From: Myxococcota bacterium
GTDB taxonomy: Bacteria > Myxococcota_A > UBA9160 > JAFDDA01
Assembly (NCBI GenBank): GCA_965228475.1
Contig: OZ245817.1
Coordinates: 2,848,001 to 2,912,000 of the forward strand
DNA: 64,000 nt
Reading direction: 5' to 3'
Made by a program: the position numbers and the translations under genes. Positions 30,471-39,913 of the stretch are shown piece by piece (the first letter of the stretch is position 1; every line of letters begins with the position of its first letter). The notes below the pieces were generated by a model. The model saw only the letters and a program-made list of their open reading frames with translations, had not been told where the DNA came from and made no database searches.

Positions 30471-31357
30471 GCGCTGCCGCCACCCGAAGCGAGCCGCTCG
30501 CGCCGCGCAGCGAACGGGAGCTGAAACTCGAAGAAGCCGCCGTCGCCCGGAAGTACATGGGGCGCGTGCCGTGGGAGATGGTCGCCTGGGGGCTCGGCAA
30601 CTTCGTCCTGTGGCTCTCGATCTGGCCGCTCACGTTCCTGGGCGTGCTTCCGCTGTGGGCCGCCTTCGTGCTCTCGACCGTCTCCATCACGGTCTGCTAC
30701 CTGCCGTCCCACGAGGCGCAGCACTCGATCATCGCGACCGAAGGGAGCCGGCTGCGCTGGCTGAACCAGCTCGTCGGACACGTCTCGACGATCCCCCTGC
30801 TGCTCCCCTACCGGATCGCGTGGATCACGCACAAGCAGCATCACGCCAACGCGAACGACCCCGAGCTCGACCCCGACCACCACAACAAGGGCGACACGTG
30901 GTGGCAGGCCGCCTGGAACGGTTTCCAAGCCCGGCAATTCGGCGCGAAGAACGGGTACAAGAGCGCGCTGGCCCGGAGCGACGACCCGGACCTCGGGAAG
31001 GCGATCCGCGAAGGCACGATCCTCTCGCTCTCGTACTACGCGATCCTCACCGCGCTGGCGTGGTCGGGACATGCCCTCGAGGCGGCCTTCATCTGGTGGC
31101 TCCCGCGGCACATCGCCATGACCTACATCCAGCTCTTCCTCAGCTGGGCGCCGCACCACCCCATGGAAGAAACGGGCCGCTATCGCGATACGCGCGCCTG
31201 GAAGTCTCCCGTCGGAACGATCCTCTCGATGGGGATGGAGTACCACCTCATCCACCATCTCTTCCCGAGGATCCCCCTCTTCCAGACTGGCCCCGCCTAC
31301 CACGAGCTGCGTCACCTGCTCGACGAACGGGGCTGCCCGAACGACCGGCCCGACTGA
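30467..31357 (+). CDS. Membrane fatty-acid desaturase / CrtR-like hydroxylase family
   Basis: His boxes HEAQH, HKQHH, WAPHHP, HLIHHLFP. Confidence 0.88.
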   Translation: MSAAATRSEPLAPRSERELKLEEAAVARKYMGRVPWEMVAWGLGNFVLWLSIWPLTFLGVLPLWAAFVLSTVSITVCYLPSHEAQHSIIATEGSRLRWLNQLVGHVSTIPLLLPYRIAWITHKQHHANANDPELDPDHHNKGDTWWQAAWNGFQARQFGAKNGYKSALARSDDPDLGKAIREGTILSLSYYAILTALAWSGHALEAAFIWWLPRHIAMTYIQLFLSWAPHHPMEETGRYRDTRAWKSPVGTILSMGMEYHLIHHLFPRIPLFQTGPAYHELRHLLDERGCPNDRPD

Positions 31358-31421
31358 GCGCCCACGCGCATCCGCGGCGATCTGCCCTACGCTGACGCCT
31401 CACGACGCCGCGGGGCCCGCC

Positions 31422-32336
31422 ATGACCGATCTCATCCTCCACCACTACGACCTCTCGCCCTACGCGGAGAAGATCCGGCTCGCGCTCGGGATGAAGGGGC
31501 TGGCTTGGCGCTCCGTCCAGACGCCGATGGTGCTTCCGAAGCCCGATCACTTCGAGCTCACCGGCGGCTACCGGCGCGTCCCGGTCCTGCAGATCGGCGC
31601 CGACGTCTACTGCGACAGTCACCTCATCACGCGGGTCCTCGACCGGCACTTTCCCGAGGTGCCCCTCTCCCCGCCGGGCCGGGAAGCCGAGGAGATCGCG
31701 TTCTCCCGCTTCGGCGAGACCACCTTCATGATGCTGATCAACGCGTTCTTCGGGCTCGGCGGCGTCTTCGACGAAGCCTTCGTCGAGGACCGCACGGCGA
31801 CGATGATTCCGCCCGGCATGGACGTGAAACAGGCTCCCCTGATCCTGCCGACGAAACTCCTGCAGATCCGCGCCAACCTCGACCGGATCGATCGACAGCT
31901 CGCGGACGGGCGGCTCTTCGTCCTGGGCGGCGAGGCTTCGGCGGCGGACCTCTCGGCCTACCACCCGACGGCGATGCTCCGCGTCCATCCGAAGACGGCG
32001 GAACTGCTCTCGCCCTACCCGCGCGTGACGGATTGGCTCGCGCGCGTCGCCGCCTTCGGGCACGGCAAGCCGGAACCCATCGACGTCGCTGAGGCCATCG
32101 AGACCGCGCGCACGCACGCCCCGGTCCCCTTCGAGGGCGAGCCGGTCTTCCCCGACGGCATGGAGGAAGGCACGCCCGTCGTGATCCTGCACGACGAGTA
32201 CGGCTCCGGGACCGTCACGGGCGAGCTCGCCGCCTCAGGCCTCCACGAGATCGCCGTACGCCGGCGGACGGAACGGGCCGGCGAGGTCGTCGTGCACTTC
32301 CCGCGCGACGACTTCACGGTCATCGCCACGGGCTAA
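31422..32336 (+). CDS. Glutathione S-transferase family protein with C-terminal extension
   Basis: ILHHYDLSPYAEKIR, GGYRRVPVLQIGADVYCDS, VHFPR. Confidence 0.9.
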   Translation: MTDLILHHYDLSPYAEKIRLALGMKGLAWRSVQTPMVLPKPDHFELTGGYRRVPVLQIGADVYCDSHLITRVLDRHFPEVPLSPPGREAEEIAFSRFGETTFMMLINAFFGLGGVFDEAFVEDRTATMIPPGMDVKQAPLILPTKLLQIRANLDRIDRQLADGRLFVLGGEASAADLSAYHPTAMLRVHPKTAELLSPYPRVTDWLARVAAFGHGKPEPIDVAEAIETARTHAPVPFEGEPVFPDGMEEGTPVVILHDEYGSGTVTGELAASGLHEIAVRRRTERAGEVVVHFPRDDFTVIATG

Positions 32337-33385
32337 GCGTCGACGACGCGCTCCTCGACGAACTCCCGGAGCGTCGTCAGCGCCTCGGGGAGGTAGGGCA
32401 GGAAGCCCATGTGGCTGCACGGGTACCAGGAGATGCCCGGCTCGCCCCAGTCGCGCCAGAGATCTTCGACGAGCTCGGGCCGGAAGAACAGATCGTCGCT
32501 TCCTGCGAACAGATGGATCCGTTCCTGCGGGATCACCGGGCGCAGGCGTCCCCAGCCGATGCGCTCCATCCACTTTCCGACGTCCTCGGGTTCCCAGCCG
32601 AAGCCGCGCAGGTCTTCCCGCATCGCGCCGAGTACCGGGGCATCCTCGACCACGGCGCCGAGGTCCATGTGCGCGATGAACGGCGCCGCGAAGGCGAAGC
32701 CGGGTTCGAGGCACGCCAGCGTGGCCGCGATCGAACCCCCGAGGCTCAGCCCGCAGATGCCGACGGGCGTGGGGCTCTCGGCGCGCATCCACGCGAGCAG
32801 CGTACGGGCATCGATCACCGTCTGGCGCAGGGATTCGAAGCTCTGGACGAGGTCCGCGGTCCAGAAGAGTTCGCCGTCGAACCGGGAGCCGCGCGGCTTG
32901 CGCGAGCCGTGATACGGAGGCTGGAGCTGGACGATCTCCATGTCGAGCCGCCGCGCCATCCCGGCAATGAGGGTCACTTCCTCGAGCAGGGTCTCGGGCT
33001 GCATGTAGCCGTGGATGTAGAGGAGGCGCGGGCGTCCGCGCGCGGCCGGCGTTCGCACGCGCCGCGCCGTGACGGTCTGGATCCGCCGCCGGCGCGCGTG
33101 GTAGTGGCGGCGGAACGCGGGCTCGAGCGGATCGTGCTCCGAGGGAAAGGAGAGCTGCTCGCTCTCGATCCCCGGCACGCGCCAGCGGGGGTTCCAACGG
33201 ACGGCGGGCACGCCCCTCGGCTCCGGGAAGAGCTCTTCGACGCTCCTGCCCTCGTAGACCCCGAGCCGGTCGAGGGTGTTTCGCGCCGTCGGCCGAAAGA
33301 GCTGCGCGATTCGGGCGAGGCCACCGGTGATGGCGTCGAGATGAAACCCGCTGCGGGCCTCTTCAGCGTCGGAGTCGGGGGGCAT
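32333..33385 (-). CDS. Alpha/beta hydrolase (ABHD18/DUF2048-like)
   Basis: IHGY, PYHGSRKP, GLSLGG, DDLF, SHMG. Confidence 0.8.
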   Translation of the reverse strand: MPPDSDAEEARSGFHLDAITGGLARIAQLFRPTARNTLDRLGVYEGRSVEELFPEPRGVPAVRWNPRWRVPGIESEQLSFPSEHDPLEPAFRRHYHARRRRIQTVTARRVRTPAARGRPRLLYIHGYMQPETLLEEVTLIAGMARRLDMEIVQLQPPYHGSRKPRGSRFDGELFWTADLVQSFESLRQTVIDARTLLAWMRAESPTPVGICGLSLGGSIAATLACLEPGFAFAAPFIAHMDLGAVVEDAPVLGAMREDLRGFGWEPEDVGKWMERIGWGRLRPVIPQERIHLFAGSDDLFFRPELVEDLWRDWGEPGISWYPCSHMGFLPYLPEALTTLREFVEERVVDA

Positions 33386-33440
33386 GGCGTGGGCAGCCTA
33401 CCATGCGCGCGACCGCCGCGGCCGACCCGTCCCGCCTCCG

Positions 33441-34644
33441 CTAGGCCCGGTCGGCGCAGCGGACCGCGGCGCCACCGATGCGGGCGATGCGCGTGTCGCC
33501 GAAGGGCGTCCCGACGCCACTGTTCACGGTCAGCGCCACGGCCAGCTCCCGCTGCGGATCGGCCCAGCCCCCGGATCCACCGAAGCCGAAGTGGCCGAAA
33601 CCCTGGGGCACCCGGCCACGGAACGCGAACACCCGGTGGTAGCCGAGCCGCCAGCGCATGGAGATGGGGATCACCCGCCCGGCCCCGCGGTTCTGCTCCT
33701 CCGCGGCGCGTCGCAGCGTCTCCGGGGAGAGCAGGCGTACGCCGTCGAGCTCCCCGCCCCGGGCGAGGCAGGCATACATCCGCGCCAGCGACCGCGCCGT
33801 GAACATGCCGTTGGCCGCCGGGATGGAGGCGGCGCGGAACTCGGGCGCGTTGAAGTCGAGGTCCTCCATGCTCGGAGCCATCAAGGCCGCGATGCTCTCG
33901 CTCGGGTCGTACCGGAAACCCAGCCGGGAGAGACGGCGGCTCCACCGATCCGCCCGCGCGAGGACCTTCTCCGTGTTGCGGCGGCGACGCTCGACGGGTC
34001 CATCCACGAGGCCGGACATGAGCGTCGCGCAGCGATGCTGCTGATCCGCCGGCACGCCGCAGTACAGACCGTCCAGCCCGAGCGGCCGCGCGATCTCACT
34101 CTCGAGCAGCTCGGCAAAGGGCTTCATGCCGGCAACGCGCCGCACGATCTCACCGACGAGCCAGCCGTAGGTGAGCGCGTGGTAGCCGTGCGCCTCGCCC
34201 GGGGCGTGACGGGGCGAGGCCTTCGCGATCCGTGCGGTGACGTGATCCCAGTCGAGCATCTCGCTGCCGTGCTCGACCATGTCCTGGATCCCGTAGAGCC
34301 CGGCCTCGTGGCACATCACCTGGCGAACGGTGACCCGCTCCTTGCCGGCTTCGGCGAACTCGGGCCAGTAGTCCGAGACGGGCGCGTCGTAGTCGATCAA
34401 CCCGCGGTCCGCGAAGACGTGGAGGAGGGTGGAAGCCACGCCCTTCGTGGTGGAGAAGGAGATACTGAGCGTGTCTTCCTCCCAGGGCGAGCCCGCGGCG
34501 TCCCGCGTGCCGCCCCAGATGTCGACGACCTTCTCGCCGCGGTAGTAGACGCAGGCGGCCGCCCCACCCTGTCGCCCCTCGCGGGGCAGGATGCGACGGA
34601 GATGCAGGGCCACCTCGGCGAAGGCGGGATGGACGGTTCCGCAT
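33441..34644 (-). CDS. Serine hydrolase (class C beta-lactamase-like esterase) with apparent frameshift just after the start codon
   Basis: FSTTK, HGYHA, FGHFGFGGS; main frame open from GTVHPAFAEV (34640) but the RBS-linked ATG at 34644 is out of frame; first in-frame start is GTG 34613. Confidence 0.8.
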
Positions 34645-34704
34645 GAGCGACCTCCGCGGGCAGCTTACCGAATGCTCTCCGGCGAACCGTGGGCGGCCTT
34701 CCCT

Positions 34705-35589
34705 TCAGTCGAGCTGCGCGCTCGGGCCCGCGTCGGAGGCTCGGGCGTCGCCCTTGCGGATCATCGCCCGGGACCCCTCGTCCATCCAGCGCCCGCACAT
34801 CGCGAAGACCCCCGCGCCGTCGGTGTCGACGATCGCCCCGTTCAGCCAGCGCGCGGCGGGCGAGCAGAGCAGGACGATGGGCGGCGCTGCGTCCTCGGGC
34901 CTCGCCGCGGTCCGCAGCGGGTGGCTGCGCGACTCGTAGCCGGTCGCGGTAGCGAAGAGCGCGTCACCGAGCATCGTGCGCATGGAGTCGCTCATGATCG
35001 TGCCGGGATTGACCCCGAGCACGGTGATGCCGCGCTGTCCGACTTCGCAGGCGAGGTAGCGGATCATGGCCTCCATCGCGGCCTTCGCACCGGCGAGGAT
35101 GCCATGGGCAGGGATGAGGGTGCGGGTATCCGCGCCGGAGACGCCGATGATCGTCCCGCCGCCGACGGCTTCCATCATGGGGACCGCATTCTGGACGGCG
35201 CGCAGGAAGCCGATGGTCGAGATCGCGTAGGTCTTCTCGAGATGGTGCGGCTTCGCCTCCATCAGCGGCTTGAACGCCGTGGCCGCGGCGTTGAGGACGA
35301 GGATGTCCAAGCGACCCGGGGTCTGCCGCGCGGCCTCGAACAACGCGTCGATGCTCTCGACGTCGCCCATGTCGAGCTCGTGCACGAAGGTCTGCCGCCC
35401 CATCGAGCGGATCTCCTGCGCGACCTCGTCCGCCGCCTCCCGCTGCTTCCGGTAGGTGACGATCACGTCGGCCCCTGCGCCGGCGAGGTCGAGCGCCGTG
35501 GCGCGTCCGAGGCCACGCGATGCTCCGGTGACCAGCGCCGTCTTTCCCGAGAGGTCCGGCAGATCCCGGTCCGGTCGTTCCGTATCCAT
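34705..35589 (-). CDS. SDR, enoyl-ACP reductase FabL-like
   Basis: TGASRGLG, LVLNAAATAFKPLME, AGAKAAMEAMIRYLACE. Confidence 0.8.
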   Translation of the reverse strand: MDTERPDRDLPDLSGKTALVTGASRGLGRATALDLAGAGADVIVTYRKQREAADEVAQEIRSMGRQTFVHELDMGDVESIDALFEAARQTPGRLDILVLNAAATAFKPLMEAKPHHLEKTYAISTIGFLRAVQNAVPMMEAVGGGTIIGVSGADTRTLIPAHGILAGAKAAMEAMIRYLACEVGQRGITVLGVNPGTIMSDSMRTMLGDALFATATGYESRSHPLRTAARPEDAAPPIVLLCSPAARWLNGAIVDTDGAGVFAMCGRWMDEGSRAMIRKGDARASDAGPSAQLD

Positions 35590-35687
35590 GCAATCACTCC
35601 GGCATTCCGGAAGCGAGACGCTCCCTCTTCTCACACTCTAGGCGATCGGTTCCGTGGAGAGTCCGGGGGAAGCGGCCGGCCGGGGTT

Positions 35688-35731
35688 TTGACAGGACGGG
35701 GGCCGGCTCTAGTCTCCAGACATGCCTGTCT
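35688..35731 (+). promoter_or_regulatory. Sigma70-type promoter and downstream palindrome upstream of pdxH
   Basis: TTGACA-16 nt-TAGTCT followed by AGACA-TGCC-TGTCT (35718-35731). Confidence 0.55.
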
Positions 35732-35750
35732 CATCTTGCGCGGCCGACCC

Positions 35751-36428
35751 ATGAGCACGAAGGCCTCCGAGTGGCCTCACCTCCCGGACCCCCTCCCCCG
35801 GGACCCGTTGCCCTGGGTCGCGAAGTGGTTCGAAGAGGCGCGGGGCGCGGAGCGTTTCCGAAATCCCGACGCCATGGCCCTGGCCACCTGCGACGCGGCG
35901 GGACGCCCCCAGGTCCGCATGGTGCTCTGCCGGGGCTTCGACCCGGCTCGCGGGAGCCTGCGTTTCTACACCCTGCGTGACAGTCCGAAAGGGCAGCAGC
36001 TCGATGCCTCCGGCCGCGCGAGTGGCGTCTTCTACTGGGACGGCTGGGGCCGCCAGCTGCGCATCGAAGGCCGCGTGGCTCGTACCAGCGACGCCGACTC
36101 CGACGCCTACTTCGCGAGCCGCCACCCGCTCTCCCAGATCTCGGCCTGGGCGAGCGAGCAGAGCCGGCCCATCCCCTCACGGCAAGCGCTGATCGAGCGC
36201 CACGAGGCGTTCGCGAAACGTTTCGGTGTGTCCCCGACGGATGGAGTGGCGGAACGCGACGGCCACGATCCCGTCCCCCGGCCGCCGAACTGGGGCGGCT
36301 ACGAGATCCTCGCGGACCGGATCGAGTTCTGGCTCGAGGGCGAGGCCCGGATGCACGAACGCGCCGCCTTCACGCGCAACGCCGGCGCGACGGACGCCAC
36401 CTGGCGGGCCGAGCGCCTCCAACCGTGA
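35751..36428 (+). CDS. pdxH: Pyridoxamine 5'-phosphate oxidase
   Basis: AMALAT, RMVL, FYT..SPKG, RQLRIEG, YFASR, AWASEQS, RPPNWGGY, IEFW..RMHER, RLQP. Confidence 0.92.
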   Translation: MSTKASEWPHLPDPLPRDPLPWVAKWFEEARGAERFRNPDAMALATCDAAGRPQVRMVLCRGFDPARGSLRFYTLRDSPKGQQLDASGRASGVFYWDGWGRQLRIEGRVARTSDADSDAYFASRHPLSQISAWASEQSRPIPSRQALIERHEAFAKRFGVSPTDGVAERDGHDPVPRPPNWGGYEILADRIEFWLEGEARMHERAAFTRNAGATDATWRAERLQP

Positions 36429-36865
36429 GCGACGCCCCGGATCTTCTCCTGCTCGTCCACGTCGCTGCGACCTGGTACATGGTGGGCCTCTGCTGGCTGA
36501 TCCAAAGGGTCCAGTATCCGCTGATGGCTTCGGTCGGACGCGAGTCCTTCGTGGCGTACGAGCAGGGCCACACGGACCGGATCCGCGCCGTCGTGGTTCC
36601 TGTCATGCTCGTCGAGGTCGCCACGGCCCTGACACTCTTCTTTCGGGGTGGCAGCCCGGCCGAGCGGATCGAGTTCCAGGTCGGCCTGGCCCTGCTCGCA
36701 GCGATCTGGCTCTCGGCCTTCCTGATCCAGGTCCCCCTCCACGCGAAGCTCACGACGGCCTTCGACGCGCGCGCCCACGCCGAACTCGTCCGCAGCAACT
36801 GGATTCGCACCCTCGCCTGGAGCGCCCGCGGTCTGCTGCTCCTGCACCTCCTTTGGGCCGGTTGA
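36425..36865 (+). CDS. Hypothetical four-TM membrane protein
   Basis: GTGA-coupled to pdxH; hydrophobic segments; QVPLH..L, NWIRT. Confidence 0.75.
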   Translation: MSDAPDLLLLVHVAATWYMVGLCWLIQRVQYPLMASVGRESFVAYEQGHTDRIRAVVVPVMLVEVATALTLFFRGGSPAERIEFQVGLALLAAIWLSAFLIQVPLHAKLTTAFDARAHAELVRSNWIRTLAWSARGLLLLHLLWAG

Positions 36866-36949
36866 ACCGTTCCGATCGGGCGGGGGCCCGCCCGGGGCCG
36901 CCGGTGCTCGCCGCCCCCGCATCCCGGTCGCGAGTGATACGCTCGCCGG

Positions 36950-37891
36950 ATGGAATTCATCGAAACCCCCGACGAGCGCTTCCTAGGCCTGAAGGACTAT
37001 CCCTTCGAGCCCCACTACCACACGATCGAGCCCGAAGGCCTGCGCATGCACTACGTGGACGAGGGCCCGCGCGACGCCGCGCCGGTGCTGATGCTCCACG
37101 GGGAGCCGTCGTGGTCCTATCTCTACCGCTTCATGATCCCGCCCTGCGCCGCGGCCGGGCACCGCGTCATCGCGCCGGACCTCGTCGGCTTCGGGCGCTC
37201 CTCGAAGCCCACGCGCCTCGAGGACTACACCTACGAGCGTCACTGCGACTGGCTGCGCTCCTTCATCGAAGCCCTCGACCTGCGTGAGATCACGCTCTTC
37301 TGCCAGGACTGGGGTTCGCTCCTCGGGCTGCGCCTCGCCGCCGAGCTCGAGGGCCGCTTCGCGCGGGTGATGGTCGGCAACGGCGGGCTCCCGGACGGAA
37401 AGCCGCCGGGGGGTACCGGGCTTCGCGCGCTCCCGAACGTCGCTGCGTTCCTGGCGTGGCGCACATTCGCGCGTTTCTCACCGCGCCTTCCCGTCGCGCG
37501 CATCCTCCAGTTCGGCACCGGGCGCGAACTCGACGCGGAGGAGCTGCGCGCCTACGACGCCCCCTTCCCCGACGACCGCTTCAAGGCCGGCGCACGGGCC
37601 TTCCCGCTGCTCGTCCCGATCACACCTGGCGACCCCGCCGTTCCGGCGAACCAGCGCGCCTGGCAGATCCTCGAGCGGTGGGAGAAGCCCTTCCTCACCA
37701 CCTTCAGCAGCGGTGACCCGATCACCCGCGGGATGGATCGGGCGCTCCAGCGCCGGATCCCCGGAACGAAGGGCCAGCCTCACCGCACCGTCCGCGGCGG
37801 CCACTTCCTCCAGGAGGACTCCGGCCCCGAGCTCGCCAAGATCCTCACCGAGTGGGTCGCCGCGACCCCTGCCGAGGGAGCCATCGGATGA
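36950..37891 (+). CDS. Haloalkane dehalogenase family
   Basis: TPDERF, HGEPSWSYLYR, QDWG (Asp nucleophile), DPIT, GHFLQED. Confidence 0.92.
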   Translation: MEFIETPDERFLGLKDYPFEPHYHTIEPEGLRMHYVDEGPRDAAPVLMLHGEPSWSYLYRFMIPPCAAAGHRVIAPDLVGFGRSSKPTRLEDYTYERHCDWLRSFIEALDLREITLFCQDWGSLLGLRLAAELEGRFARVMVGNGGLPDGKPPGGTGLRALPNVAAFLAWRTFARFSPRLPVARILQFGTGRELDAEELRAYDAPFPDDRFKAGARAFPLLVPITPGDPAVPANQRAWQILERWEKPFLTTFSSGDPITRGMDRALQRRIPGTKGQPHRTVRGGHFLQEDSGPELAKILTEWVAATPAEGAIG

Positions 37892-38817
37892 GCGAGACCC
37901 TGATCCTCCATCACTACGACGCCTCGCCCTACGCCGAGAAGATCCGCCTGATGTTCGGTGCGAAAGGCCTGCGCTGGCAGTCGGTCCTGTCCCCGCCCCA
38001 GCCACCGCGCCCGAACGTGGACCCCCTCTCCGGCGGCTACCGGCGCATCCCGATCGCCCAGATTGGGGCAGACGTCTTCTGCGACACCTACGTGATCGCC
38101 CAGGAGGTGGCCCGGCTGGCCGACGCGCCGGAACTCGACCCCGCACTCGCGAGCGGTGACGCCGCCGAGATCCTCGAACGGGCCGAGGGCGACGTCTTCT
38201 TCGCGGCGATCGGCAGCGTCGCGCCGGCGACCCTGCTCGGAACGCTCCTGCGCACGGTCGGGCCTTTCGGGCTCGTGCGCTTCGCCCTCGACCGCGCGCG
38301 CATGATGCAGACGGCGAACGTCCGGCCCGCCCAGGGCGAAGCCGCCCGGAAGATCATGAAGGAGTTCCTGGCGGACCTCGAGCAGCGTCTCGCGTCCGGC
38401 GCGACCTTCCTGACCGGCGACGGCCCGACGATCGCGGACTTCGCCGCGTTCCATCCGCTCTGGCTCCACGTCCGCAGCCGCCGCGAGCCGCTCGACGAGC
38501 GCTACGCGCGGATCGTTCGCTGGTACGAGCGCATGGAAGACCTCGGCCACGGCACGCGCGAGGAACTCCCTCCCGAACGAGCTCTCGAAGCCGCGCGGTC
38601 CGGCAAGCCGCGCCCGCTCCCGGCGGCCGCCGGCGAAGCCGACCCTCGGGTCGGCCGCCGCGTCCGCGTGGCGCCGAGCGACTACGGGAACGTCCCGGTC
38701 GAGGGGGTTCTCGCGGCGGCCACGCCGGACCGACTGATCCTCGCCCGCGAGAGTGAAGCCGCCGGGGCCGTCCACGTCCACTTTCCGCGGCGCGGGTTCT
38801 CGATCGAAGAGGCCTGA
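37888..38817 (+). CDS. Glutathione S-transferase family protein (paralog of 31422-32336)
   Basis: ILHHYDASPYAEKIR, GGYRRIPIAQIGADVFCDT, VHVHFPR. Confidence 0.9.
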   Translation: MSETLILHHYDASPYAEKIRLMFGAKGLRWQSVLSPPQPPRPNVDPLSGGYRRIPIAQIGADVFCDTYVIAQEVARLADAPELDPALASGDAAEILERAEGDVFFAAIGSVAPATLLGTLLRTVGPFGLVRFALDRARMMQTANVRPAQGEAARKIMKEFLADLEQRLASGATFLTGDGPTIADFAAFHPLWLHVRSRREPLDERYARIVRWYERMEDLGHGTREELPPERALEAARSGKPRPLPAAAGEADPRVGRRVRVAPSDYGNVPVEGVLAAATPDRLILARESEAAGAVHVHFPRRGFSIEEA

Positions 38818-38831
38818 GCCGGGACGCCCGA

Positions 38832-39869
38832 TCAGCGGAGGCTGGAGAGTCCGGGCCACCAGAGGTAGTGGAAGCCGGGCTGCTCGAGCATCGCGCCGAG
38901 CGCCGCGGGCAGCGGCGCGCCGGAAGCCGCGGGCGCCGGCGTCGCAGACTTCATGTAGACGTTGCGGCGCCGCTGGTTCGGACGGTGGTAGGAGACGACC
39001 CGGACCTCCGGCACGCCGATCTCCTTCTCGAGCAGCGCGATCGCATCGTTCAGGTTTCCGATGCGGTCGACCAGTCCGTTCTCGAGCGCCTGCGGTGCAC
39101 TGTAGACCCGGCCGTCCGCCAGGGCGTCGACGCGTTCCGGGCCGAGCGCCGGGCGCCCGCGCACGACCACCTCACGGAACCGCGCGTGCAGGTCGTCGAC
39201 GATCGCCTGAAGCTGGGCCCTCTCCTCCGTCGTGAGCGGCCGAAGCGGAGAGCCCATGTCCTTGAGCTCGCCGCCGGTGATCGTCTGGTTCTCGATTCCG
39301 AGCTTGTCCATCAGGCCGGCGACGTTCACGCCGCCGAAGATGACGCCGATCGAGCCGAGCACGCTGGTCGGATGCGCCTGCACGGTGTCTGCGGACATCG
39401 CCACGTAGTAGCCGCCCGAGGCCGCGAGCTGGAGCATCTGCGCCACCACCGGCGCGCCCCGCTCCTCCTTGAAGCGCACGATCTCGCTGTAGATCTGCTC
39501 GGAGCCGGTCGCGGTCCCTCCCGGGCTGTCGATGCGCAGAAGCAGGCCGCGGACCTCGTCGTCCTCGCGCGCGCGATCGAGGGCCTCCCTGACGCGGGCG
39601 ACCATGCTGGGCGCTTCCCGATCGAACAGACCCGACGAAGAGGGTTCACCGCTGATCACCCCGTCGATCTCGACGAGCAGGACCTTGGGCCCGGCGTCGC
39701 CTTCGACCGTGGATTCCCGAAGTGGCGCGTTGGCGCCCCCGGACAGCAGGTCGACGGTGATGCACCCGGTCGCCCCGAGCGCCATCAGCGACAGGGCGAA
39801 TGCACGAATCCAGGAAAGGAGGGGCCGCGCACGGCGCGGCGCGTGCCAGCTAGAGATAGACATCGACAT
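38832..39869 (-). CDS. sppA: Signal peptide peptidase SppA (36K type), probable lipoprotein
   Basis: IDSPGG, AASGGYYVA, GSIGV, KDMGSP, ADGRVY; ATGC lipobox. Confidence 0.9.
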   Translation of the reverse strand: MSMSISSWHAPRRARPLLSWIRAFALSLMALGATGCITVDLLSGGANAPLRESTVEGDAGPKVLLVEIDGVISGEPSSSGLFDREAPSMVARVREALDRAREDDEVRGLLLRIDSPGGTATGSEQIYSEIVRFKEERGAPVVAQMLQLAASGGYYVAMSADTVQAHPTSVLGSIGVIFGGVNVAGLMDKLGIENQTITGGELKDMGSPLRPLTTEERAQLQAIVDDLHARFREVVVRGRPALGPERVDALADGRVYSAPQALENGLVDRIGNLNDAIALLEKEIGVPEVRVVSYHRPNQRRRNVYMKSATPAPAASGAPLPAALGAMLEQPGFHYLWWPGLSSLR

Positions 39870-39913
39870 GGTCAGGAGGATATCCCCTCTCGTCGCTCTC
39901 CGAAGGAGCACGC

